From Toensbergia leucococca (lineage: Eukaryota), in the NCBI GenBank assembly GCA_022813965.1, contig JALDZS010000019.1, forward strand, positions 124,001-188,000: DNA of 64,000 nt, given 5' to 3'. The position numbers and the translations under genes were made by a program. This document shows positions 10,036 through 25,374 of this stretch, piece after piece; position 1 is the stretch's first letter; each line of letters begins with the position of its first letter. The notes under the pieces are model-generated. The model worked only from the letters and a program-made list of their open reading frames with translations, made no database searches and had not been told where the DNA came from.

Positions 10036-12237
10036 ATGACTTACTCTCTCGCTTTGCAGTGGACCTTGGATCAAAGCGCCGACCACGTTCTACGAGTGAC
10101 CAAAGATCTCATTCGCGCAGCGACAAACGACAATGTCCAGCCAATATCCCTTCTCGCTTGCGAAAGATTTGGCGCCACAATTGCAATGTGTGGGGCGACA
10201 AGGTCCAAGATTGAGTTGCTTCTCAGGAGTCAAACTCAAAGCACATTCATAACCTTTTTGCAAGCCCAGGTTGGATTTGCTCGACATGACTCTAGCGTCC
10301 AACTATCCAAAAGCTTAGCAGGCGTGAACTTCCTGGCACTAGCTGCAGCATTGGTCTCTACTACCGACACGTTCGAGGCTGGGACAGCTTTGGAATGTAT
10401 GATTGAGGCTTCGGCGAGCGACAAGACGTTGGTCCCGACGGCATATCATCTCAAAGATCTCCTCGACGTGCTTGAGCCTCGACTCAACAAAGCTGGCTTT
10501 TTTACAACAGTCTTAGAGTGGAAAGAATGGTGGATGAGTAATGAGGGTACATCTGTACAGGAAAGATCCTACCTGGTCGAGCACGGTGAAACATTTCCCT
10601 CTGTAGCTGGTATGCAAACCATTGTAGCAGCATTGCGCGACGTTCATAGGGTTGGTGAAGCCACGAACGTCAATTTTACCGCCAGACGCGGTGCTCCATG
10701 GCTCACTGCCTTCATTGTATGGTGCATTGGAACGAAGCCGACCATATATGATCACGTTGGTCAGGTATTATTCCAGTCAGATACCCATATCAGCGTCATC
10801 TACTCTAATCAAGCCGCTTTCGACAGAGAGATCCGTGTTGAGCTAACGCACTCCTTCGATAACTTCGTTGACGTGCTTTCTGCAAATCTTATGCATATGC
10901 AAGGAGAGAACCTGAGCCATCTAGCAGCTGGAATGACAACTATTCCAGTCTATGCAAGGCATCTGCTCATGTCTGCGTCTATGGAAGACCCTCAGGGGAT
11001 TAGATATCGTGCGCTCATGGAAGCCCTCCCATTTGCTCTTGACCGAGGCCGCAAATGTTGCTTCTGGGCCGCAGATACGAGTGATCCATATTTTCGTGTC
11101 ACGAGAGGAAATGCATTCCCGCACAAGGGGATTATTGCCGATGTGATGGCAAAATACCTGTCTTTAGATAGACCGGTTCCTCTCGCGGAACTTGAGAGGG
11201 GAACTCGGATAACCGATCAACCTCTCGTACAGCTAGTGCTGAGACACCATGATAGGGACTACAACGAAGGCAATAATGAAAGCGACTTTAAGAAGGTACT
11301 CACTGTTGTGGTTGCAGATATCCTTGCCCTTTCACTTTTCAACGGCAGTCTTGAATCTATGTTGGTCTACCGGGCTTCCGGTATCAAACCAAAACAAGAA
11401 AAGATTTATGAAAACTTTCTTGTCAACTTATCTCTGACATCGTCAGCGCTACGAAATGCCCAAGACGTTCAGGCGAAAGATGTTGTTGGCTGGGCGTTAA
11501 TGCTAGCTCATCATGAGATTCCTACGGAGCTTAAGAATTCCAATTGGGTGGCCTCGTCGTACAAAGGGCAGGTGGTCTTCCCAAAAGTTTTTGAGGACCT
11601 GTTGCTAAACAAGGTCGGTTATCTTGAACTATTCTGCCTTCCAGGGGTCCTTACCAGAGCTGGTCAAGGCAAAAGATCCTTCTCTAATTTGAAGGGTCAT
11701 ATGTCTGACACTTTGGAACACCACCAAACATCCACTAAAATGATGCAAACGCCAATTACCAAATCACTAAACCTGTTCCCCGAAGAGAATTTAGTCTGGC
11801 AAGTATTATCACATCAGGATTGCCTATCTGTTGGCATGGGATGGTCTGTCAACACTCAGACTCTTAAACCTTTTCGCGTGTTGCAAAGCCTTAAAAACGC
11901 GCTATTCACTGAAGCTTGCGGTCATCAGCTGGATTCATTACTTACATCCTCGGTCAAAAACTGCATTTTTCAGTCTCCTATGCATCGCAACACAAAACAG
12001 ACAATGAGCAAGAATAGGGATAACATTGTTCTCATCCCAGTCCGTGGACATAAAGGGCTTCAAATGCTTGCCCTTGGTGCACTGGCTGAACAACCTACGG
12101 CTGAAGAAGTTGAACAAGCTGAAGGCGATGTTGATAGCGCTACAATCGAGCGGCATATTATCATCAATCGTGGAATGTGTCTCAATTGCTTACTTGACGG
12201 CTGTCGGACTATTGCATGTACATATATCATTCTTTAA
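10036..12237 (+). CDS. Uncharacterised intronless fungal protein (733 aa)
   Basis: Long ORF with normal globular composition and a C-terminal CGH...CLNCLLDGC...C cysteine cluster. No motif I can assign a function to. Confidence 0.8.
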   Translation: MTYSLALQWTLDQSADHVLRVTKDLIRAATNDNVQPISLLACERFGATIAMCGATRSKIELLLRSQTQSTFITFLQAQVGFARHDSSVQLSKSLAGVNFLALAAALVSTTDTFEAGTALECMIEASASDKTLVPTAYHLKDLLDVLEPRLNKAGFFTTVLEWKEWWMSNEGTSVQERSYLVEHGETFPSVAGMQTIVAALRDVHRVGEATNVNFTARRGAPWLTAFIVWCIGTKPTIYDHVGQVLFQSDTHISVIYSNQAAFDREIRVELTHSFDNFVDVLSANLMHMQGENLSHLAAGMTTIPVYARHLLMSASMEDPQGIRYRALMEALPFALDRGRKCCFWAADTSDPYFRVTRGNAFPHKGIIADVMAKYLSLDRPVPLAELERGTRITDQPLVQLVLRHHDRDYNEGNNESDFKKVLTVVVADILALSLFNGSLESMLVYRASGIKPKQEKIYENFLVNLSLTSSALRNAQDVQAKDVVGWALMLAHHEIPTELKNSNWVASSYKGQVVFPKVFEDLLLNKVGYLELFCLPGVLTRAGQGKRSFSNLKGHMSDTLEHHQTSTKMMQTPITKSLNLFPEENLVWQVLSHQDCLSVGMGWSVNTQTLKPFRVLQSLKNALFTEACGHQLDSLLTSSVKNCIFQSPMHRNTKQTMSKNRDNIVLIPVRGHKGLQMLALGALAEQPTAEEVEQAEGDVDSATIERHIIINRGMCLNCLLDGCRTIACTYIIL

Positions 12238-12856
12238 GATCGGAAAATATTCTGGTGCAATCATATAGAGTCCAGGGGGATGACTAACGAGGAGATCTAT
12301 GTAAAGGGGTTAGCTAAAGGTCTTGGTTTGACAGATATAGATAAGATGAAGATGAAGAAAGAGACGAGCTTGCCAGCCTTGTAAATTCATTCTTGAAGCA
12401 ACAGCTTTCAGTATTTCTTTCTCTACAAGGCAGAGATGGAATAAATGGCTTACTCTGACCTCATCCGTGTATTTGAAAGTCATGAGATTACCTTTCTGAG
12501 GTGTAGACAATAGTATTGACACCGTTCATACCTTCCTCTTAAGGAGATCAGAGTGCTGTTTATAGGAATGTGTATTTATTTAAATCTATCAATCTTGAGT
12601 GATGAAAAATGCAAGTAACCCGTGAACTTTTTCAAATGAGATGAAACTCAGCATGAGAAAAGGGGTTGCCAAGCCTTATGTAAGCAGACACCGCCTTACG
12701 CGCTAGCAACGCAATCCCGAACCCTCCGGAGATGAACCACCACCAACCTTTTCAACGGCTTTCACCCTTTCATACTCGGCGAACTCATGCGTCAAAAGCC
12801 TATTCAAGACCACGACGTAGAACAAAAAAGCATTTGAACCGCCTCCATCCACAATC

Positions 12857-13948
12857 ATGTTCCACTCCTCGCAACTCTTCCGCATCCCGCGGCCAAAAGT
12901 AACCCTCCCCCCGAACCTCCCCCCCCCCAAAATGGAAACACCCGCTAACATTTCCCTACCCAACCCGCAGACATTCCTCTATCTAATGACCCTCCGCACC
13001 GGCACCGAACTAATAACCCTAACCCTCCTCCTCAACAAAATATCCGGCCTCTACGGCCTCCTCGCCCTCCTAACCGGCCTCCACCTCTCCCCTCTCCAAC
13101 TCTCAATGTACATATACTCCCTCCTAGCCCTCACCCTCATCGCCCTCCTCGCCCCGCACATCCGCTCCCAGTCCCCCCTGCACTGCCTTGCCCTTGCCTG
13201 GTTCTGTGTGCTCGACTCCCTCGTTAACGCCGCCTACACGGCCGCCTTTGCCGTGACCTGGTTCCTGGTGGTGTCGCAGCATCACAGTGACGCGGCTGGC
13301 GGTACGCCCCCAGGTATCGGTGGCGAAACGATGGATGAGACGGCGGGGTTTACGAGCCCGGTATTCAACGTCAGTCGTGTGGACGTTACTGCTGTACCGG
13401 CTGCGGGTCTCATTGAAGGTCAAGAGGCGGTCGCAGTGGGGACGCCCGGATTTGTGACTACGGCTGCCGGGCCGAGTCTGGGACATGGCGTATTTCAGCC
13501 TGAAAGCCTTAGCAGCGTGGTAGTCATCTGCGCCCTGTGGGCTGTGCGCGTTTACTTCATGCTCGTTGTGCTCAGCTACGCGCGCTTCGTCCTCCGCCAG
13601 CACGTCGCTGTCTCCTCGCGTTCGAATCTTGCCCTGCATACTGGAAGCGCCTCGACGACTGTGGTCGAGAACCCGTTTGCACCGCATCTGCCTGAAGGGC
13701 AGGGGTGGAGGGGTAGAGCTGGTCGGGCGATGGTGAGGGTTGGAAGAGGATATTGGCTTGGGAGTGAGGAGGGGGATTCTTGGATGAGTGAAGAGGGGGC
13801 GGGGAAGTTTCGGAGAGGGGCTACAGAGGGTGGTGTTGGGGAGGTGCCGGGGGTTGTAGAGAGGGAGAGGAGGAGGAGGAGTGGGACGGGGCCACCGGTG
13901 CCGGCGCCGGAGTTGGTGGGGGGGAAGGGGACGTATTTGAGGGTTTAG
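12857..13948 (+). CDS. KEI1: Inositol phosphorylceramide synthase regulatory subunit Kei1 (DUF1753)
   Basis: RPK|TFLYLMTLRTGTELITLTLLLNKISGLYGLLALLTG and four hydrophobic segments. Intron 12899..12970 (GTAACC...GCTAAC...CAG). Confidence 0.85.
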   Translation: MFHSSQLFRIPRPKVTLPPNLPPPKMETPANISLPNPQTFLYLMTLRTGTELITLTLLLNKISGLYGLLALLTGLHLSPLQLSMYIYSLLALTLIALLAPHIRSQSPLHCLALAWFCVLDSLVNAAYTAAFAVTWFLVVSQHHSDAAGGTPPGIGGETMDETAGFTSPVFNVSRVDVTAVPAAGLIEGQEAVAVGTPGFVTTAAGPSLGHGVFQPESLSSVVVICALWAVRVYFMLVVLSYARFVLRQHVAVSSRSNLALHTGSASTTVVENPFAPHLPEGQGWRGRAGRAMVRVGRGYWLGSEEGDSWMSEEGAGKFRRGATEGGVGEVPGVVERERRRRSGTGPPVPAPELVGGKGTYLRV

Positions 13949-14817
13949 GGTTGAGGGTTTGAGAAGTTGCTGGTGGTGGAGTGAAGGGGGGTCGCTTTGT
14001 CGGGTGGTGTGTTTGATTATGTGTATCGTTATTGTTCTTGGTTGTGTTTGGAGTTGGAAAGCTTTGCGGCCCTGCTGTGTATGCGAGTAGGTTCATTTGT
14101 AGCTCCGGGATTCCTCGAATCTTGTATACTTTCAGATTCTCAATCCTTTTACAAAACATCCGCTTCGTTCCGCAGTGCTGGTTACATTATCTTACCTTGC
14201 TGTGCACCAGATGCGGAGATAGGGAGACTGATGTCTCGGATATTTTGTCTTAGCACGGCAACTTATGACTTTGTGATTAAGTGTGTGTGTATGTTCCTGG
14301 ACTTGTTAGTAAACAAGGAGAAAAGCGGGTCAGTGATGTGTGAAAGAGTCCATTAAGAGGAGAGTGCTTGGTTCAAGGTGGGTAGCGACGTTGCGTAGAA
14401 GCCATTGGAGGCCTGCCTCCCTTTCTTATTGCGGAGGAGAATTTCGTTGAAGAGGTTGCGAGGTTGCTTGTATATGAAATCATAGCAGGCATAAATATAG
14501 ATTCAATGTCTTGAGAAACGATGCATGTATATTAAATCGTAACGGGCACCAAATGTAGATTCAGTATTCCTTGAAAATTAGCTCTAGTGGACTTGCTGGA
14601 AATCGTGTGTGGACCCTCAGCTAGCCTCCAGCTTTCTTTCTCCGAAACTCCATGCTCTTTTCCACCCCCCCCCAGTAGGACATGCAGAAACGGAAAGGAA
14701 AGAATTGTACATTGCTTGCGAGAAAGGACCAAGGATATGTCCACGAAAAGGATGGTATCTTGTTTTACATTACCCGGTGCGATCAACGACTCCCGACTGC
14801 CTTTTACCTGGCACTCT

Positions 14818-15683
<866 letters not shown>

Positions 15684-15887
15684 GTTTGGATGAGGAGGAA
15701 GAGAACTGTATTAATTTACAAGGAGAATCAAAGTAGATGTTGCGCTTCAGAAGACAATGACCGACCGTTGCCCTCTTCAAGAGGAGCCTGGAAACTTTGA
15801 ATAACGATGTCACTCGCTTAGTCATGCTGTCGTGAAAACCCTAATCAGCACCACAGCCGACACTTCTACATATCTATTTACATAATT

Positions 15888-17295
15888 ATGGCTACGTCGG
15901 TAGAAGCACCTCAACAATATAAGCAGCCGTCACGGAAGGGTAAGAGGGCTTGGAGGAAGAATGTCGATGTATCAGATGTACAGGAAGGGCTCGAGGTGGT
16001 GCGAGACGAGGTGATCAAAGGGTTAGTAGAGCGCATTCCATATTGCTTCAACGAACATTTCACTAAGCAAACTTGTACCAGCGGCATTATCTCCGAGAAA
16101 CCCTCGGATGCATTGTTTACTCTTGATCTTACTGGATCAGAAGCAATCCAAAAATCTTACAACAGACTTCACAAACCCCTTAAAGCGGACCAAATCTTGG
16201 CTCAGCGGTCGGCCGTACCTGCCATTGATAGTCGTAAACGTTCTAGAACCACCGATGGTGTCCTTGAGCCTAGCAAGAGGCGCAAGAGTAACGGGGTGAC
16301 TCGCAAGGAATATGAGTGTTTAAAGAGCATTGCATACGGAGGCGAGAGCATTTCTAAGGATGTAATTAAGATAGATGCCGCACCCGACTTTGATCCTTGG
16401 TCTACTTCTCCCAATGAAAGTGACAATCAAGACCCTAGATTTTCTTACCTTGAGAAGCCTAAGCCTATCAGAGCGCCAAGAACACTGAAGGAAGCACCAA
16501 TCTCTCTCGCCGTGGGAGCGAAGACTGTACCTGCAGTGGCCAAGCCTCGACCTGGCACAAGCTATAATCCTGCATTCCAGGATTGGGATCAATTATTAAC
16601 GGAAGAGGGTGGAAAGGAAGTAGTTGCCGAAAAGAAAAGGCAGAGTGAGGCGGAGGAAGAAAAGAAGAGAGAGGATAAAATTGCTGCCGCCCAAGATGAG
16701 AAGGACGGTGTTCAGACTGAAGATGAAAGTGCTTGGGAGGGATTTGAGAGCGAGTACGAAAATGAAAAGTGGCTCACGAAAAGGCGGCCCGAACGAAAGA
16801 CGCCGGCTGAGAGAAATAAAGTGAAAAGGCGGAAGGAAAGCGAGAGGCAGGCCGCACAAAGCGCTGAATTGAAGAAGAGAGTCCATCAGGCCCAACAGAT
16901 CAGAGCTATTGCAAAGCAAGTTGAAGCGGACGTCAAAGCAAGAGCCAGTCCAAAGGCCAGAGGAGAGGATCTAACTTTGCAGGAAGTAGATGATCGAATA
17001 CTACGGCGAAGAAAGCTGGGAAAGACTACGTAAGTGCAATTACGAGGATATCTCTACTGGGGTTGCTAATCGTCCACGTAGTGTTCCTGAACGTCTTTTA
17101 GAGCTCGTCTTACCTGAAGAGCTGCAAGATTCGCTGCGACTTCTTAAGCCAGAAGGGAGTCTTTTAAAGGATCGGTTCCGTAGTATCTTAGTCAGGGGAA
17201 AAATTGAGACCAGAAATCCCATTCAGCAACCAAAGAAGGCGAGAAGGACGTACACAGAGAAATGGACGTACAAGGACTTTAGGATTGCTGCATAA
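15888..17295 (+). CDS. NOP53: 60S ribosome biogenesis protein Nop53
   Basis: QPSRKGKRAWRKNVD, LFTLD, SYNP, LRLLKPEGSLLKDRF and EKWTYKDF motifs. Introns at about 16022..16081 and 17029..17081. Confidence 0.95.
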
Positions 17296-17522
17296 AATTG
17301 CGACGTCTTAGACATCGAAATTTGAATATCGTGAAGTACCTCGAATGCGTCTGCATAATTCCATGTTGTAGATTAAAGTGAAACCATCCTCTCACTCCAC
17401 TCCCATCCAAAACCGTACTTAGCCTATTTAAATTTAGTTGTTACTTTTACCCCACACATCTACATGCTCTACTCTAAGCACATACCAGACCCAAACGAAT
17501 CTTGTCTTTTACCTATGTAGAT

Positions 17523-18515
17523 ATGGAATTGAAGGATCTATCCTGCAACTGGAAGAAACTTCAAGAAACGCTTAAGAACGATACCTCCAAACCGCCAAAG
17601 CGCAAAGCAAGTGAGGACGTTCTACAACCTCAGCGCAACGGTGCAAAACGACTCAAGACCAGCCTCAAACCTCGCAAATCGCATCTGTCAAAGGCCAGCA
17701 ATAGCAAAAACACTCTGACTATGAGGGAAGATCTGTCAAAGCAATCACCGTCCACCACCTCAGCCAACCTCGTCCTCTGGGCCGAGGACAATAATATCCC
17801 CACTCAAGACCTCATAGCTGCCTACGGTACCTCCACCACACCCACCTCAATATCATTTGCACAACACGTGCCGGACATCCTCAACCAAGGACTCTCACCT
17901 GTCGCCACGGCTGGGAAATATGTCTCAATCGATTGCGAAATGGTTGGGGTGGGCCCTATGCCTGCGATAGAGTCGGCACTAGCACGAGTCTCACTTGTAA
18001 ACTACCACGGCCATCAACTGTACGATTCCTTTGTATTGCCCAAGGAAACAGTGACAGACTACCGCACCGCTGTCTCGGGCGTAACACCTCAGCTGCTACG
18101 ATCAGGCCGGCCTTTGGAGGTAGTGCAAAGGGATGTTGCAGGGCTTATTGAAGGGAAAATACTGGTTGGACATGCTATCCGACACGATCTTGACGCCTTG
18201 TTACTAGGGCACCCGAAAAGGGACATCAGAGACACGAGTCGTCATGCTGATTTCCGGCGAATAGCTGGGGGAAAGACACCAGCATTGAAGAGACTAGCCA
18301 AGGAACTATTGGGGGTAGAGATTCAAGGAGGGGAGCACTCGAGTATAGAAGATGCGAGGGCGACCATGCTGTTATTTAGGAGGGAGAAGGAAGGCTTCGA
18401 GAGCGAGCATACGAAGAGATGGGGCACAGGAAAAAAGGTAGTCAGCGATGCCCCAGACGGAGAGGTTCGAAGCAAGAAGGGCAGGAGCACGAAGAGGAAG
18501 AAATCGAAGAGGTGA
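17523..18515 (+). CDS. REX4: RNA exonuclease 4 (DEDDh family)
   Basis: LSCNWKKLQ N-terminus; SIDCEMVG, LVGHAIRHDL and HSSIEDA catalytic motifs. Confidence 0.93.
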   Translation: MELKDLSCNWKKLQETLKNDTSKPPKRKASEDVLQPQRNGAKRLKTSLKPRKSHLSKASNSKNTLTMREDLSKQSPSTTSANLVLWAEDNNIPTQDLIAAYGTSTTPTSISFAQHVPDILNQGLSPVATAGKYVSIDCEMVGVGPMPAIESALARVSLVNYHGHQLYDSFVLPKETVTDYRTAVSGVTPQLLRSGRPLEVVQRDVAGLIEGKILVGHAIRHDLDALLLGHPKRDIRDTSRHADFRRIAGGKTPALKRLAKELLGVEIQGGEHSSIEDARATMLLFRREKEGFESEHTKRWGTGKKVVSDAPDGEVRSKKGRSTKRKKSKR

Positions 18516-18704
18516 GACTATGATTAGGGATGTCTACCGAACTACTTTCTATATGCAAAAATTACCCCCGAGGCTAAATTAGCAGAAAAAGCAATCAAAG
18601 GAGGCGTAGAGAGCAAAGCCGCCCGAGTCGCTTGAAGAAGACATAGCCAACAATGCGACTCTAAGGGTTATAGAGGTCATGATTTCGCTGTTGGCATCAT
18701 TAAT

Positions 18705-20246
18705 TCACAGGGGAATATCCTCCAGCATTTCCGTCGCTCCTTCGCGTCCAACGGTCAGAATCACGTCACCTAGGGTCTTGGTTTTGAAGCCAGCTTCACA
18801 ATATGTGAAGTAGTACTATACTTGCATATCAGCAACGTTATGGCGGTACTCGCGACAACAATTCCACAAACCTCCCATTTTCGCCGGAATAGTTCGACAT
18901 CTCTATCCGTCATTCCATAGTGTTCTTCTAGTAATGCTGGTCGGATCCTGCTCTGAAAATTCCTCTCAAACTTCTCCCTCCATAACCTCAACGTCTTCAC
19001 ATAATGTCCGCCGATGTTTAGTACCGCATCCACTACCAGTGCCCCTTTCGACCCCTTCTCAATACTTCCCACCAATTGGCTTACCGTTGGAAGATGCCCG
19101 CCAGGGAAGATGTACTTTCGAATAAAATCCTCGCCCTTGGAGTATGCTTCGTATCTCGCCTCGGGCATTGTGATACACTGGAAGACAGCGATTCCTCCTT
19201 TTGGCTTTAACATTCGATCGACACATTCGAAGTATATGTCCAGGTATTCGCGGCCCACAGCTTCGAGCATTTCGATGCTCACGATTTTGTCATACATTCC
19301 GTCCCTGGGAGTCGGTAGGGCTCGATAATCGCAAAGTAATACCTCGATGTTGTCAGTGTATCCCGCTGCTGCGATACGCTTTTCTGCTAGCTCTTTCTGC
19401 TCCCTGCTCAGCGTCAAGCTTGTGACCCTGCACCCTGTTTTTCGAACAGCTTGAATCGCGAAGCTGCCCCACCCAGTGCCAATTTCGAGAACATGGTCGG
19501 AGTACTTGATGCGCGCAGAGGTAATGAAGTGTCGGAGTTTGGTTTCCTGTGCGTCTTCGAGGGTTTCGTAAGCGGACTTGGATCCAGATAGAGGGGACCA
19601 GATAGGACAAGAATATGTCATGTCGTCGGACAGAAAGGCGGCAAACATGGCATTGCTGATATCATAGTGAGCAGAAACGTTCAGTTGAGAGTTTGCAAGG
19701 GTATTTGTGCTGCGGGCGAGAGTAGTGACTGTTGAGGCCAAGGAAGAGGTCCACGTCGTTGCATTGGACAGTTGGGAGCGATTGAGGATGAATATCTGAG
19801 CCGGTCAACAGCCGGGCACGAAATTCTATCTTAGAGGCACCTCTACAAGGGGCATACCTCAAAGAAGGCAACCAAGTCAGTGCAGGACACCTCGCCTAGC
19901 ATGTAACTCTCTGCGAGTCCCTGCAGAGCATTCTCTTAGCTCTCGTCCCAAGGTTCATCCTGTGCATCTCTCTCACCATGTCGGCAAATAACAGCACTCT
20001 CACCCAAAAGGCTTCCTTCAACACCTTCATCTCCGTTCTCGAAGATCCATCCTTGACGCCGGCCCCTCCGCATATTGTCACCTTGCCATCGGTGTCCGTA
20101 ATGTAGATATGGCCTACACTGATACGCCCCAGCAGCGTCAGAACAGTGCTGCGCGACAGATTCACCAAAGGCCCCCATGTCAAGGAGCCAGTATAAGTAC
20201 GTAATGTGTCAAACGAACGAGAGACGAGCGAAGTTATGATGGCCAT
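18705..20246 (-). CDS. Cyclopropane-fatty-acyl-phospholipid synthase-like SAM methyltransferase
   Basis: NVSAHYDISN, DMTYSC, VLEIGTGWG, IVSIEMLEAVG, FIRKYIFPGG and YFTYCEAGF motifs. Three introns; ends EDIPL*. Confidence 0.93.
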
Positions 20247-20974
20247 TACAGCTATGTTTTCTGGGCAGTGGGGGGTTTCAAGTGGTCATGGGCAAGGAGC
20301 ACTGTTGGAGAAGTGAATGGTCTGAAGCAAGAAGTGTTAAAGACATGTAACATGTAGGAAAGGCTCTATCTAGAAATTGTATCTGGAATGTAAGTACATG
20401 GGACTAGTCATAGGCCTATGTACGTAAGGTAAGGTACATTGGGAAAATATTACAGACAGTATGAAGTCACCACCTCTTAAGCGTCGAAAAGCTCGACGTA
20501 CCCGCCGAATGCACTAAGAATGGTGGATGGAGCTCGCTCGGGAACGGCGTTGTTAACTTGTTGGAGCACATGTAAGAAATGGAGGCAGCCGAATCAACGG
20601 ACACTGGGAGCCCCAAGTATGTGGTTGGGGAGCGTACCTACCTCCATCACCCACAAGCGGCTTCATGTGCGACTGGTCCGATGACCGATCCTTGGTTATT
20701 GGGTTCATTGAGCCTGGAAGTGCGGGAAAGGGACGCTTATGTCTTTGCCCTAATGCATGACAGCTGGCATTTGATGACTTACGAGTTATCGATCCAGACG
20801 GATACTCGTAGTAGTCGTTCAAATATGTACGTACCTTGCATGTCTTACCCGAACCCCGGACCCCGGAGATAAGGGATAAGGGATAAGCTATCTCCTATGA
20901 GTTGAATTCTCACTCCCCGATCTGTCATGTAGATCATTTGGATACCTCGTGCTTCGTACAACACCAAGTCCACC

Positions 20975-22369
20975 ATGGACCCAGCCTCTCTACTCGTCGC
21001 CGAGCAGGTCGTGTCCACCACCGTCGAAGGAGCAGTAGTAGCTGGCATAGGTCTGGCTCAATCCACCATGCCGCTGAAAGCAACATTCACTCGCATCACC
21101 AGCGAGGGCTTCCTTCCTCGCTCTTCGCACTCTCTCACCGTCATCGATGGTCGTGCCTACATATTCGGCGGGGAGTCTTCGCCCGGCGTACTAGCTGGAG
21201 ATGAAGTCCACATAGTGAGCCTGCCTTCCAGCAGCAATGCCGGAGAGCCAGACTACAAGTGCGTACCTGCTTTAGAACAAGACGGGAGCGGGCCAGGACC
21301 AAGGGCAGGGCACACGGCATCCGCAATTGGAGACCGAATTTATATTTTTGGTGGAAGGGGAAAAGATAAAAAGCCTTTGGAAGAAAACGGTCGAGTCTGG
21401 GTCTTCGACACCGACTCCCTACACTGGAGTCACCTCGAGCCCACAGAAAACACGCCATACCCTTCCGCTCGCTATCAGCACGCCTCCGTCATAAGCGAAC
21501 ACCCTTTACCCAACAACGCCGCAAGAGCAAGCACGTACACCGAACAAATTCAATCTACCATCGCCAAAATCCCCTCTCTAATCAGCAAACCCTCACCACC
21601 GGCCACACCTCACGGAACCCTAATCCTACACGGAGGCCTCTCCAGCTCCACCACCCCTCAAAATGACACCTGGGCCTTCACCATCCCTACCAAAACATGG
21701 TCCCCCCTCCCCTCCTCCCCTGAGCACTCAAATCCCTCGCCCAGCCTCGCCCTCTCCCTCAATTGCCTCTACCTAATCAGCAGCGGCGCATCTCCCCTCA
21801 GCAGTTCGATCCACTATCTCCCCCTCTCAACAACAACCTACCCCGATGCCCGCGGCGCCTCCGGCGAACTCGGTCTTGCGCCAGAAATTCCCACGTGGAC
21901 CACCCTCCCCTTCCCTACCAACCCCCTAACCCCTAACCCCGAGCCCCGCAAAGGCGCCTCCCTCCTCCCAATCAGCACCAGCAACGGCCGTGCCTATCTC
22001 ATCTACCTCTTTGGCGAGACCCACCAAACCCCGGACCCCGCCTCAGACTCCGAACAACCCCAACACCCGACCTACCATTCAACCCTCCACTCCTACCAAC
22101 CACCTCCCCATCCCACCACCGCTGCCAGCCTCAAAGACTCTACCCGCGAAACCCTAGGCATATCCACGGGCCAGGGTACGTGGGAAGAGGTCAAAGTCGT
22201 CGCGAACGAGGAAAGCGGTATCGCTGCCGAAGGGAAGAGCCATCCGGGGCCACGGGGATGGTTTGGGAGTGCGGTAACGGGGGCGAAGGGGGGAGAGGTG
22301 CTGCTTTGGGGGGGCTTGAATGCGAAAGGGGAGGTGGAGGGGGATGGGTGGGTGGTGAGGATCGAATGA
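20975..22369 (+). CDS. Kelch-repeat beta-propeller protein
   Basis: PRSSH...YIFGG, PRAGH...YIFGG, LILHGG, YLFG and PRGWF...LLWGG kelch blades. Confidence 0.88.
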   Translation: MDPASLLVAEQVVSTTVEGAVVAGIGLAQSTMPLKATFTRITSEGFLPRSSHSLTVIDGRAYIFGGESSPGVLAGDEVHIVSLPSSSNAGEPDYKCVPALEQDGSGPGPRAGHTASAIGDRIYIFGGRGKDKKPLEENGRVWVFDTDSLHWSHLEPTENTPYPSARYQHASVISEHPLPNNAARASTYTEQIQSTIAKIPSLISKPSPPATPHGTLILHGGLSSSTTPQNDTWAFTIPTKTWSPLPSSPEHSNPSPSLALSLNCLYLISSGASPLSSSIHYLPLSTTTYPDARGASGELGLAPEIPTWTTLPFPTNPLTPNPEPRKGASLLPISTSNGRAYLIYLFGETHQTPDPASDSEQPQHPTYHSTLHSYQPPPHPTTAASLKDSTRETLGISTGQGTWEEVKVVANEESGIAAEGKSHPGPRGWFGSAVTGAKGGEVLLWGGLNAKGEVEGDGWVVRIE

Positions 22370-22661
22370 GGGGCGTTGTTTTATTCTATTCTTTTGGGGG
22401 GAGTCGTGGCGGGTGTCGGGCTAAGCGTGGAGTGGTCGTGGCATTTTTTCTGATCAGAGCAAATTACCCCACGGTTTCAAGAGAAGCAATCTGGCTCAAA
22501 GAATTCAATCTGGCATGAACATCACCCATGCTAAAATTGGTGCTTATCCAAAGATTTTGTTCATGGAATGAGTACAGCTCGTCCATTCTCACCCAAGGAT
22601 CCTCGCATGTTGTACATCCTCGGCCCACCAGCCCATCTATTCAACTCCCGCTCCACCACCA

Positions 22662-25227
<2,566 letters not shown>

Positions 25228-25374
25228 CTAGGTAGGAGCTCGTCACGTGCTTTTCAGGAGTGAAACAAGCGCATGGTGAAATGGTGAAACGTAAATGTGC
25301 ATGACTAATCAGCCCTATCTAGATTCGACGTCAACTCCTCGTTTCGTCTGTTCTAAATCATTGCTCCGGTAATC

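Noticed and set aside
9642..10214. 190-aa ORF overlapping the start of the 733-aa gene
   Set aside because: Runs through the CATG-rich upstream element, with atypical composition and no motif.
18705..20246. Bacterial-like cfa gene as a recent horizontal transfer
   Set aside because: It contains three introns, and this family is widespread in filamentous fungi.
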